From the NCBI GenBank assembly GCA_002269645.1, contig NIVC01000834.1, positions 310,001 through 374,000 of the forward strand: DNA of 64,000 nucleotides, in the 5' to 3' direction. Shown here in pieces: positions 12,263 to 25,600 of the stretch. Below the pieces are notes generated by a model. It saw nothing but the letters and a program-made list of their open reading frames with translations. It made no database searches and was not told the DNA's origin. The stretch comes from Macrostomum lignano. Taxonomy: Eukaryota. A program made the translations under genes and the position numbers. Position 1 is the stretch's first letter. Each line of letters opens with the position of its first letter.

Positions 12263-15200
12263 CACAGACAGACAGGCAGACAGGCAGGCAGAGACAGCCA
12301 ATCAAGCAGCCCCAGAACCGTCCTTCTCGCAGCGGTACTCGCCGAACTTGATGCCGCGCACCACCTGCTGGTAGATGAGGTTGGTTGCCACGGGGTCCTC
12401 GGCTGGGTCGTGCCAGGGCGCGAAGATCTCCTTGCGGTAGAACAGGCGCCAGGGCGCGTTCCGCTCCTGCGTGCCCTGCTCCTTGGCGTACTGCTCGCAC
12501 TGGCTGATGGCGTCCATCACGTGATCTCCGCCGCTGCCCAAGGAGGACACCTTGTCGAACAGGGCGATGTACAGCGAGAACCCGAACCGGTCCGTCAGGC
12601 CGATCTTCTCCGCCAGGCCCTGGCAGAGCTCCTCGGCTGTCGTGGCCGAGTCCGCCATCAGCGTCTCCGTGTTGCCGTCCATAAAGGTGATGGGCAGCGA
12701 CAGCGGCCGCTTGTTCTTCGTCGCCTGCAGCTCCAGCCAGCTGGGCGGCTGGTTTCTTGTCCCATTGACAAAGGTCCGCTGCAGCCGGTTCTCGCAGTAG
12801 GGCGCGTAGCCGGGCGGGCCCTCCCGGATGAAGTTGCGAAGGTAGCGGACGAATTTCTCCGACGGAGCGAAACAGCCGACGCACAGGGATAATAGGATCC
12901 AGCCGCGGGCGAGGCTCACCTGAGGATAAAGAATTATAGGTATTTCGATACATATCGGCTAATATCAAAATCAGTAAATATTATTATCATTTTCATACAT
13001 ATTGGCTACTTATAAAATCAGTAATTATTATTCTTATTTTTGATACATATCGGCTACTATTTAAAATCAGTAAATATTATTATTATTTTCAATACATATA
13101 GGCTTCTATTACAATCAGTAAATATTATTATCATTTTCGATACATATCGGCTACTATCAAAAGCCGTAATTATTATTTTTTTCGATACATATTAAGTGGC
13201 ATTAAAAGTCGCAATTTTATTATTATTTTATACATATTGGCCTCAAATACAATGTTATAAGAATTTATCATTTGTTTCGATACATGTCGGCTAATTAAAG
13301 TGAAAGCAAAGAAAATTTTTACACTGCTACTATCGACAATAAGTATCAGTAGTGAATAGCGCACACGAAGCATAGCCGTACCTTATTGGGATTCTGGCTC
13401 AGCTGTTTGCAAATCTGGCAGTAGATTTCGTCGCGCAGCTCGGGCCGCAGAATGCCGTTGCCAATGATGAAGTGCAGCTTCTCCAGGTTGCTAGTCGGCC
13501 GGTCCTCCAGTAGTTCGTTGCTACCCGGATTAAATTCGCCTTCGCGTAGGCGATTAACAACGCCGTCAGTTAGTTTGGATTTTTTCTTCAGCGTCAGCGA
13601 GACCAGCTTCTTGCGGATGCTGCGCTTGCCGCCTGAGCGCTGAGACGAGGACAGGCCGGGGTCCTTCTCCAGCTCGCCCGCCAGCTTGGCCGCCTCCTCC
13701 ACCTCTTTCTGGTTGAATCGGCGACCAAGAGTGGAGTAGATCTTTGTCATCACAGGCGTGTGATTGTCGCGCGAGTCGCCAACGGTCAGGCGGGGCTCCG
13801 GCAGGTCGGACATGAAGCTGAATGAAATGATCCGACAGTTGAAATCTAGTGTTTTTTTTAGCCTAGTTTTATTGACTTCGATACATATCGGTTAGCATGG
13901 CTTGGCACAGTATTATACTAGTAGTTACTAATTGAATTCCATGCTACTATTAGTAGTAAATTGCACATTGCAAATATGACACTGCAGAGTTTTTTCTTTT
14001 TTAAACACCCTACTCGTAGTAGTATTAGAAGTAGTAGTAGCAGTTACCTAGCTAGCAAACTACAAAAACTACGTTTACACATTGATTACGCAATGACGCG
14101 TCTAAATAAAAAGTAAATTTTACTACTAATTGTAGTATCTATTGGTAGTAGTAGTAGTAGTAGTGTATAGTATTAGTAGTATACAGTAGTTGTTGTTTTT
14201 GTTGTTGTAGTAGTAGTAGTAGTAGTAGCAGGTTGATAGTTGTAGTAGTACCTGTAGCAGCAGTAGTAATAATAATAATAGTAGTAGCTCGTAGGCAAAC
14301 TACATTAACTACGCTACATATCGGCGGCAAGCAAGGCTCACCGCAGAATGGTGATCCACACGGCCAAAGCGGCAATTTGATTGCCCTCATTTTTCAACGC
14401 AGTCAGCGGCTGCTTCAACGCCCGCCTGGTGTGTGTATGCGTGGCGTTGCCCTGGAAATAGGTCGCCGCGTACTTCGCGAACCTGTACTCGCTGATGTCC
14501 TCGTCCGCGCCCGGCACCGCTGGCAGCTCAGCTCCAGTAGGCGACGAAGCCGCCGCCGCCGCCGCCCGTTCGATGGCTCGCCGGCGCGACTCCTCGAGGT
14601 CGCGGAAAGCCTGCGGCGCGGCGCCGTCCTCGTGCTCGGTGTCGATGAAGCCGAAGATCTCTTCGACCATCTTGGAGTCGTCAACCGGTTCGTACTTTCT
14701 CCGCTCGGCCAGCTCAATGGCCTCTTTTTTCTTCACGGCCTCCTGCCTCTGCTGCAGGTCGGCCTCCTGGCTTTCCCGGTCCAGCTGGGCCAGCCGCTCC
14801 TGCGAGTGGTGAGGTGGGCAAAATCTTGGCGGCTCAAACGGCGGATAGTGGCGCCGATTCAAACTGTAACTGGCGCTGTTGTGCCGGCGGCAGAGTTGGC
14901 GAATCATTGCGAACTTTCTTTTCCTAGGTGGGCAAAATCTTGGCGGCTCAAACGGCGGATAGTGGCGCCGATTCAAACTGTAACTAGAGTTGGCGAATCA
15001 TTGCGAACTTTTCTTTTCCTAGTTGCTAAGGCGCCCGACTACTGGGGAGGATTTGAATTATATATGCGCACAGCCAGCCCGCCTCAACCCTGACACTGAC
15101 CTGTCGGACTGAGAGCCGCATGCGCAGAATGATTATACAAGCTGGTCTAAAGCTTTGCCTTAGCTTTCTTTTCTCTTGGCTCTCGCCGCGAACAAAATTA

Positions 15201-16572
15201 TGGGAGTGAAGGTTGTGCGAGAGAGAAATGGAAGGTTAGAGACAGTAGGAACACGAAATAAGGTCAGAAAAAAGCTAATATGCTCGAAAAAAGTTGCCAT
15301 GCCGTGCGCATGTGATAAAAGTTTAAAGCCGCTTGGCTCGATGGAACATCGAAATACTCGAGACAGAAAAATGAGATAGAGTGGGAGATAGAACAACGGA
15401 TAGAACAAAAGATAGAACACAGGATAGAACGAAGAATAGAACGGATTTACCGAAGGATTAAACTATCCGAACTACCGAAGGATAGAACAAAGAATAAGAC
15501 AAAGAGTAAAACGAAGGATAGAGAAAAGAAGAAAAGAAAAGGAGAGAAGAAGTAGAATAAAGGATATAACAAAGAATAGAAAAAAAAATAGAACGCAGTA
15601 TAAACAAGAGATATAACATTGGGTAGAACAACGAATAAAACGAAGGGTAGAAAATGATAGAACAAGTAGAACAAAGGATATAACAGAGGATAAAAACGAA
15701 GGATAGAGAGAAGGATAGAAGGAAAGGATAGAACAAAGGATAAAACGAAAGGATAGAACGAAGGGTAGAGGAAGGATAGAACAAAGGATAGAACGAAAGG
15801 ATAGAACAAAGGATAGAGAGAAGGATAGAACAAAGGATAAAACGAAAGGATAGAACGAAGGATAGAGAGAAGGATAGAACAAAATGATAGAACAACAGAT
15901 AGAAAGAAGGATAGAACTAAGGATAGAGAACGATAGAACAAGTAGAACGAAGGATAGAGAGAAGGATATAAAAAAGGAAATATATAAATGTAATGAATGA
16001 TAGAACAAAGGACAGCACAATACCAAACTGAGAAGTAGAACAAGAGACAGAATCAAAAGCATAAACTACAAGCAGGATAAAGTAGAGCAGGAGCCAGCAG
16101 CAAAACAGAACTGACCCTGTGCGCCTTCTCAGCCTCAATCTTAGCCTCCTTCGATCCTTTCTCTCGTTTCAGCCGCTCCTCCATCTCGCGTTTCAGCTTC
16201 TCAGCCTCCACCCGTTTCCCGTGACGCAGTCGCAGATTGGCGTAATTCTTCTGCGCAATAAACCGGCGGATGTTGGACTGCAGTTTGATCACGGAGGCCA
16301 ACCGGCCGCGGCAGCGACGCCTCGCCAGGTAGCCGCGAGCGTAGCGCTGCAGGTTCACCACCAGGACTCGAGAGCGCTGGAATGCGGCGTTCAACTGGCG
16401 GGCTCGGAGCACCGCCTGCATGCGCAGGAAGCCGGTCCGCTGCCTGCGGGAGGCGAGACGATAGGTCGGAGTGTACTTTCACAGCTGAGCTAGTTTCGAA
16501 TGGCTCGCACAAACATAATTCTACTGCCGTTATCTGATCTGTTTATCACCATCAACTCTCTACTCTTGAGCC

Positions 16573-16628
<56 letters not shown>

Positions 16629-19600
16629 CCTTCTAACTCCAGTCAACACTTTCTCTACCCCTCACTCCACCACTCCATCTTACCCTAACCTACTCTTATC
16701 TACTTATTCATCTATCTACCATTCTACCTTCATTTATCTAACCTCATCTATTTACCCTCATCTATCTACACTTATCTACCCTCATCTACCCTCATCGATC
16801 TACTCATCTACTCTCACCTATGTACCCTTATCTATCCTCATCTACCTTCATCTATCTACCATTATCTACCTTCCTCATCCACCCTCATCTCCCTTCATCT
16901 ATCTACCCTCATCTATATAAGACTCATGTAACGCATAAACAAAAAGCAGAAATGCAGCGCCAGCCTCACCGCAGGTAGCGCCTCCTAGCCAGGAACATGC
17001 GCACCCAGGCCTGGATTCGGCAGGAGGCCCGTCGCATCGCCAGGTAGCGCTTGCGATAGAAATAGCCGCGCCAGCGCTTCTGAATCACTATGATCTTCTT
17101 CGTGAGCTGCCGGTCGCGCTCCTGTCGGTCGCAGAATGGTGATTCACATGGCGTGATGGATTGTGGAATTCCTAATATTCACACATCACATATTCACATA
17201 CTCACACAGCGTCGCACTCACAAAAATGATTCATTGATAAATACTTTCTGTGATTTCACACCCCTTTGGGTTCACAGATTAACACAACTATAACTATGGC
17301 TTCACAGATTCACAAAAATATGGGTTCACAGATTCACATAACTATGGGTTTACAGATTCACACAACTATGGGTTCACAGATTTACACAACTGTGGTTTCA
17401 CAGATTCACACAACTATAACTATGGCTTCACAGATTCACAAAAATATGGGTTCACAGATTCACATAACTATGGGTTCACAGATTCACATAACTATGGGTT
17501 TACAGATTCACACAACTATGGGTTCACAGATTTACACAACTGTGGTTTCACAGATTCACAAAACTATAACTATGGCTTCACAGATTCACAAAAATATGGG
17601 TTCACAGATTCACAAAAATATGGGTTCACAGATTCACACAACTATGGGTTCACAGATTCACACAACTGTGGGTTCACAGATTCACACAACTGTGGGTTCA
17701 CAGATTCACACAACTATAACTATGGCTTCACAGATTCACAAAAATATGGGTTCACAGATTCACAAAAATATGGGTTCACAGATTCACATAACTATGGGTT
17801 CACAGATTCACACAACTATGGGTTCACAGATTCACACAACTGTGGGTTCACAGATTCACAAAACTATAACTATGGCTTCACAGATTCACAAAAATATGGG
17901 TTCACAGATTCACAAAAATATGGGTTCACAGATTCACATAACTATGGGTTTACAGATTCACACAACTATGGGTTCACAGATTCACACAACTGTGGGCTCA
18001 CAGATTCACACAACTATAACTATGGCTTCACAGATTCACACAACTATGGGTTCACAGATTCACACAACTGTGGGTTCACAGATTCACACAACTATAACTA
18101 TGGCTTCACAGATTCACAAAAATATGGGTTCACAGATTCACAAAAATATGGGTTCACAGATTCACATAACTATGGGTTTACAGATTCACACAACTATGGG
18201 TTCACAGATTCACACAACTGTGGGTTCACAGATTCACACAACTATAACTATGGCTTCACAGATTCACAAAAATATGGGTTCACAGATTCACAAAAATATG
18301 GGTTCACAGATTCACATAACTATGGGTTTACAGATTCACACAACTATGGGTTCACAGATTCACACAACTGTGGGTTCACAGATTCACACAACTATAACTA
18401 TGGCTTCACAGATTCACACAACTATGGGTTCACAGATTCACACAACTATAACTATGGCTTCACAGATTCACACAACTATGGGTCCACAGATTCACAAAAA
18501 TATGGGCTCACAGATTCACACAACTATGGGTTCACAGATTCACACAACTGTGGGTTCACAGATTCACACAACTGTGGGTTCACAGATTCACACAACTATA
18601 ACTATGGCTTCACAGATTCACAAAAATATGGGTTCACAGATTCACAAAAATATGGGTTCACAGATTCACATAACTATGGGTTTACAGATTCACACAACTA
18701 TGGGTTCACAGATTCACACAACTGTGGGTTCACAGATTCACACAACTATAACTATGGCTTCACAGATTCACACAACTATGGGTTCACAGATTCACACAAC
18801 TGTTGGGTTCACAGATTCACAAAACTATAACTATGGCTTCACAGATTCACAAATATATGGGTACACAAATTCACAGAAATCAAGGTTCACAGATTTACAA
18901 AATATGGGTTCACAAATTCAGAATTCAAGGTTCACAAATTCACAGAAATCAAGGTTCACTGATAATTTATTCACAAACCTAACAACAACCCTCACCTGCT
19001 CCAAGAAGACATCGTGAGCGTCCTTGAGAAACACCTTAGTCTTGCCCAGCTGCACATCCTGGCCGGACAGCACCTGCTTGCAGATAGTGGCGCAGGCCTC
19101 CCGAAGATTCCTGCACACTTTAGAAGTTGGAATCCCGTCCACTAGGACCCGGTACCGATCCACAAAGTCGGCAAACTGATGCCGGATGGGATAGCCAGCC
19201 CGGCGGATTCTGATGGTCTCCATCATGCCTGAGTACCTGAGCTGGCGGACGCACAGCTCCCGGTCAAAGGTCAGTGGCTTCTTCAACTCGTTCGGCTTGA
19301 TGCAGCGAACAAAGAAGGGCTGACACTGGGTGAGAGTCTTCATCAGGGCTTCCAGAGATTTCTTAAATTGCAAACTCAAAGTCGGAGCTCGCTTCCTGGT
19401 CTCCACACCCTGCGGGAATGGCATTGTTCTCAGTAAGATCTTTGTAAATAAAAGTACATCAATGACAGACAAAAGTACATCTTTGTGTTGTTGTCTTAAA
19501 TTTTATTAAAGCAGGACAGGACAGAGACAGAAATAGAGAGGAGGGATTTAGTGCAGAAACTTTCAATATTTGCATTGCACACTACTACTGAGCTGAGCAA

Positions 19601-22600
19601 TTAGTAGTATATATCGTGCATCCGTTTATATATAAACGCACGTATTTTTAGTAACTCAACAAGAAATTTGACAACAAAAGCTGCATAAAAATGTTCTGTT
19701 AAAGACAAGCGCGACACCCACTCTTTGTTGGCCATCCTGAAATTACACGAATATTTCATAAAATTTTGAATCAATTATTATTGAAGCATTTCAAATATGC
19801 TAAGCTTACTACTTCTTAGATTGTATTTGTAAGTAGCAATCCATGTTTATATTTACACCTTGAATAATCGAAAATCGTTTGCTAAAAAAAATTAACTACA
19901 AAAATTAGAAATACTTACAAACTAGTTTGAGATACTTCACCAACACCACTGGCTACTGACAGTAATAAGCAAAGGGTTATGATTGACTACAAGGTTAGTG
20001 ACTTGAAAAATATTTTATTAAAAGACCAATAAAAGAAAAAAGTGCAAAAAACAAAAGGTTACTTTAATTCTTAACCACTTTTACCCGATACATCATGAGC
20101 CCCATATTTTATGAACCCCATCCATCATGAACCCGATACTTCATGAACTCAATATTTAATGAACCCGATACTTCATGAACCCAATATTTAATGAACCCGA
20201 TACTTCATGAACTCAATATTTAATGAACCCGATACTTCATGAACTCAATATTTAATGAACCCAATACTTCATGAACCCAATACTTCATGAACTCGATACT
20301 TCATAAACCCGATACTTCATGAACCCAATACTTCATGAACCCGATACTTCATGAAGTCGATAATTCATGAACCCGATAGTCTATGAACCCGATAGTCCAT
20401 GAATCCGATATTCCACGAACCCGATACTTCATGAACCCGATACTTCATGAACTCAATATTTAATGAACCCGATACTTCATGAACCCAATATTTAATGAAC
20501 CCGATACTCGATCATGAACTTAATATTTAATGAACCCAATACTTCATGAACCCAATAGTTCATGAACTCGATACTTCATAAACCCGATACTTCATGAACC
20601 CCATACTTTATGAACCCAATACTTCATGAACTCGATACTTCATGAACCCGATACTTCATGAACCCGATAGTTCATGAACCCGATAGTTCATGAACTCGAT
20701 ATTCCATGAACCCGATACTTCATGAACCCCATATTTAATGAACTCGATACTTCACAAACCCGATACTTCATAAACCCGATAGTCCATGAACCCGAACTTC
20801 CATGAACCAGGACAAACGGCAGTTTTCAACACTCACCATAGCAAAGTCCCTGGCAAACAGGCTCTTCAGGAACTTATTGCTGCTCTCCTGAATCAGCTTG
20901 ACCAGATCAGCACTAAAGGTGTCCCTGTTCTTGTCCAAGAATCCCTGGGCACTGTAGTACACGTCGCCAGCGAAATGGCGCAACCCGAAAGCCTTGGTCA
21001 CGGCGGCTCTCGGCTGCAGGTAGAGCGAATTAGACGAGTGATTCTGGTGCAGCTTGTGCAGCATCGTGTCGTCTGTGCCCTTGGGGAACTTGGCCTCCTC
21101 ATCAACCAGCGACAGGATATTCATAGGCTTAACAGCGATCAAATCCAGCGTGTCCTGGTTATCAATGAACTCGATGTGTTTCCAAGAAATGCCCTCCGAG
21201 TTGTACTCCTCCTGCTCCAGTTTGAAGATGTGCCGAACAAAGAATTGCTGCAAATTCTCGTTGGCAAAGTTGATGCACAACTGTTCGAAGCTGTTAACGC
21301 CGAAATTCTCGAAGCCGAAAATGTCCAGCACGCCGATAGAGTTCTGATAGTACTTCTCGGCGGACCGGCCCTTGTAGATGGCCGCGTTGATTTTGATAAC
21401 AATCCACACGAACAGTCTGCCATAGATACCCTTGACCAGGGCGTCCTTGACATCCGTGGCGTAGTCTACAGACATCGGCGAGGTGACTGTGTCGCCTCTA
21501 GTGAAGATGGTCTTGGTGGTCAGGGCGTCGCGAAGGTTGACGGGGTTGCAGCCCAGAAGCCGGGCCGTTCTTGCCAGCTCCCTGTCGCCAACCACCTCGC
21601 TGGCATCGATGTTGTCCACCACGGTGGATGCGTAGCGAACGTTGCCTAGGTGCAAAATTGCGGCTAGCAGGCCGTGAATGTCTAAGGAGTCCTGGTCGCT
21701 GAAGTTTAACACCTGGATTGGAAGGATAGGTAGATTGGAGAATAGCACGCTGAACCCATCTCAACCCCGATCCGACACACGGAAACATAAAACTAAAAAC
21801 CAGAATTAATACGACACAAACCTATACCCCATACTAGACAGAATCCAAATCCCAATCCACACCAATCCCACAGAATTCCATACCCAATCCCACAGAATCC
21901 CATACCCAATCTCACAGAATCCCATACCCAATCCCACAGAATCCCATACCCAATCCCACAGAATCCCATACCCAATCCCACAGAATCCCATACCCGATCC
22001 CGCAGAATTCCATACCCAATAACACAGAATCCCATACCCAATCCCACAGAATCCCATACCCAATCCCACAGAATCCCACACCCAATCCCGCAGAATCCCA
22101 TACCCAATCCTACAGAATCTCATACCCAATCTCACAGAATCCCATACCTAATCCCACAGAATCCCATACCTAATCCCACAGAATCCCATACCCAATCTCA
22201 CAGAATCCCATACCTAATCTCACAGAATCCCATACCCAATCCTACAGAATGCCATACCCAATCTCACAGAATCCCATACCCAATCCTACAGAATCCCATA
22301 CCCAATCTCACAGAATCCCATACCCAATCCCACAGCATTCCATACCCGATCCCACAGAATCCCATACCTAATCCCACAGAATCCCATACCCAATCACACA
22401 GAATCCCACACCCAATACACCCTTAAGTCCCAGAGGGAATTGCCATTTAAGGGAATTGCCACCCTTAATTCCCAGACTCGCGCACCTTCATGGCGCTCTT
22501 GATGCCAGCGTACTCCATAGCATCGTCGCGGCCGTCAACACAGACGTCGCCGCCCTGCACCAGGTAGTGGTACTCGCTGGCCTGGCCCAGCTCCAGCGCC

Positions 22601-25600
22601 GACCGCTCCTGAGGTGTCATGCCGGCCAGCATGCAGTAGAAGATATGATAGTTCCTCTCGCCCTGAGCCTGAGTAACTATGCGCGACTTCTCCAGCAGGT
22701 ACTGCTCAATCTTGGCGCCCTCTATGCACCACTTGGCGTTGAAGTGGATGTCGATGTACTTGCCGAAACGAGACGAGTTGTCGTTTCGGATGGTCTTGGC
22801 GTTGCCGAAGGCTGAGAAGATTGGAATCAATGTTGAGAATTAAGGATCTCAGAATCTCGCTCACAATATAGGAAATTAGATCTCAGAATCTCACTCACAA
22901 TATAGGAAATTAGATCTCAGAATCTCACTCACAATATGCGAGATTAGATCTCAGAATCTCACTCACAATATAGAAATTAGATCTCAGAATCTCACTTACA
23001 ATATGCGAGATTAGATCTCAGAATTTCACTTACAATATGCGAGATTAGATCTCAGAATTTCACTCACTCACAATATGCGAGATTAGATCTTAGAATCTCA
23101 CTCACAATATGCGAGATTAGATCTCAGAATCTCACTCACAATATGCGACATTAGATCTCAGAATCTCACTCACAATATGCGATATTAGATCTTAGAAAAT
23201 CACTCACAATACGCGAGATTAGATCTTAGAATCTCACTCACTCACAATATGCGAGATTAGATCTCAGAATCTCACTCACAATATGCGAGATTAGAGCCCA
23301 GAATCTCGCTCACAATATGCGACATTAGATCTTAGAAAATCACTCACAATACGCGAGATTAGATCTTAGAATCTCACTCACAATATGCGAGATTAGATCT
23401 CTGAATTTCACTCACAATATGCGAGATTAGGTCTCAGAATTTCACTCACAATATGCGAGATTAGATCTCAGAATTTCACTCACAATATGCGAGATTAGAT
23501 CTCAGAATTTCACTCACAATATGCGAGATTAGATCTCAGAATTTCACTTACAATATGCGAGATTGGATCTCAGAATTTCACTCACAATATGCGAGATTAG
23601 ATCTCAGAATTTCACTCACAATATGCGAGATTAGATCTCAGAATTTCATTCACAATATGCGAGATTGGATCTCAGAATTTCACTCACAATATGCGAGATT
23701 GGATCTCAGAATTTCACTCACAATATGCGACATTAGATCTCAGAATTTCACTCACAATATGCGAGATTGGATCTCAGAATTTCACTCACAATATGCGAGA
23801 TCTCAAAATCTCACTGAAATCATGACAAATAGCAAAGAATCCTCACCTTCCATAATAGGATTGGAGTCTAAAATCTGCTGCTCAATCCAGGAGTGCTGGC
23901 CAGACACGGCCGCTAGGAACTGCAGGATCAATTTGGTGCTCTCGGTTTTGCCGGCGCCGCTCTCGCCGCTGATGATGATGCACTGGTCTCGCTGGTACCG
24001 CCGCATATTGTTGTAGGCGTTGTCGCCGATTGCGAAAATGTGCGGCGGTAACTCGCCAATTTTCTTGTCGCGATAGGCCTGAGGGGGGGGGGTTCGGAGG
24101 GGTTCAGGAAGCGATTCTAATGGGGTGTCAGTGGCCTTGTCAGGAGGCTGATTCTAACGATGTGTCAGGAAAGAGTTTCTCAGAATTCTTTTACAAAGCG
24201 TCAGCAGGCAATTTCTTAGAAGTTTGTCACGAAGCGATTTCTTAGAAGTGTGTCAGGAAGCGATTTCTTAGAAGTGTGTCAGGAAGCGATTATTTCTAAG
24301 AAAGTAAGAAGACGATTCTTAGAGAATGTCAGGAAGCGATTTTCTCTGAGAAGTGTCAGGAAGCGATTTCTAAGAAGTGTCAGGAAGCGATTTCTAAGAA
24401 GTGTCAGGAAGCGATTTCTAAAAAGTGTCAGGAAGCGATTTCTAAGAAGTGTCAGGAAGCGATTTCTAAGAAGTGTCAGGAAGCGATTTATTAGAAATTG
24501 TCAGAAAGCAATTTCTGAAAAGTATCAAAAGATAATTTCTTAGAAAGTGTCAGGGAGCGATTGCTAAGAAGTATCAGAGAGGTATTTCTTAGAATGGTTC
24601 GGGAGCCGATTTTTTAAGTGTCAAGCGATTTCTAAGAAATGTGTCAGAAGACGATTTCTCAGAAACTATTAACATGTGCCGTTTCTAAGAAACGAGAAAG
24701 ATGCAATTTTTAAAACTATCGGGTTGATTTTCTAGGAAACTGATAAACGATTTCAAAGAAACTGTCGACACGCAATTTCTAAGAAACAGACAATATGCTA
24801 TTTTATTTGAAAATCTTCAAGGCTGCCAGAAGGCAAATCAGTACCTGTCAATCAGTCAAATGCTCACCTTAATCTGCTCAGCCGTGTAAATTGGCAAGAC
24901 CTGATACGGATTAACTGCCACCAGAATGGAACCCGTATAGGTGTAGATCAGTTTCTGATTGTATCTAATTAGCAGGTTGCGAAGAATGCCGCCCTCGTTG
25001 AGATCTGTCAGACTGATCATGTCCTCGACTCCGTTGACAACAGAGGTGTGCATGTGCCGGATCTTCATGCCGGGCCGCAGCCAGAACTCCTGCAGTGGAA
25101 TCGGGGTGGCAGTGGCAGTCTACAGTCTACCGTAATGTACTATTACAATAATGATGTAATGTAAGGCGCTAATTAGCTAAAATATAGATGTAGATAAATG
25201 CCTAAACACATCTACAGTACACTACCAATCTACCCCAAACACTACCAATCTACCCCAAACACTACTAATCTACCCTAAACACTACCAATCTACCCTAAAC
25301 ACTACTAATCTACCCCAAACACTACCAATCTATCCCAAACACTACCAACATACCCCAGACACTACCAATCTACCCGAAACACTACCAATCGACCCAAACA
25401 CTACCAATCTATCCGAAACACTACCAATCGACCCAAACACTACCAATCTATCCGAAACACTACCAATCTAACCGAAACACTACCAATCTACCCGGAACAC
25501 TACCAATCTACCTGAAACACTACCAATCTACCCGAAACACTACCAATCTACCCCAGACACTACCAATCGACCCAAACACTACCAATCGACCCAAACACTA

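Noticed and set aside
17266-19017. 583-aa ORF (MGSQIHTT repeats)
   Set aside because: It is the translation of a 24/30-bp minisatellite lying antisense within myosin intron 7. Units that are multiples of 3 stay open trivially, and there is no non-repeat coding context.
20786-21649. Plus-strand 287-aa ORF and similar ORFs opposite other GC-rich exons (e.g. 14233-15093, 12410-12892, 8096-8860)
   Set aside because: Antisense shadow ORFs of myosin exons, expected with high GC3.
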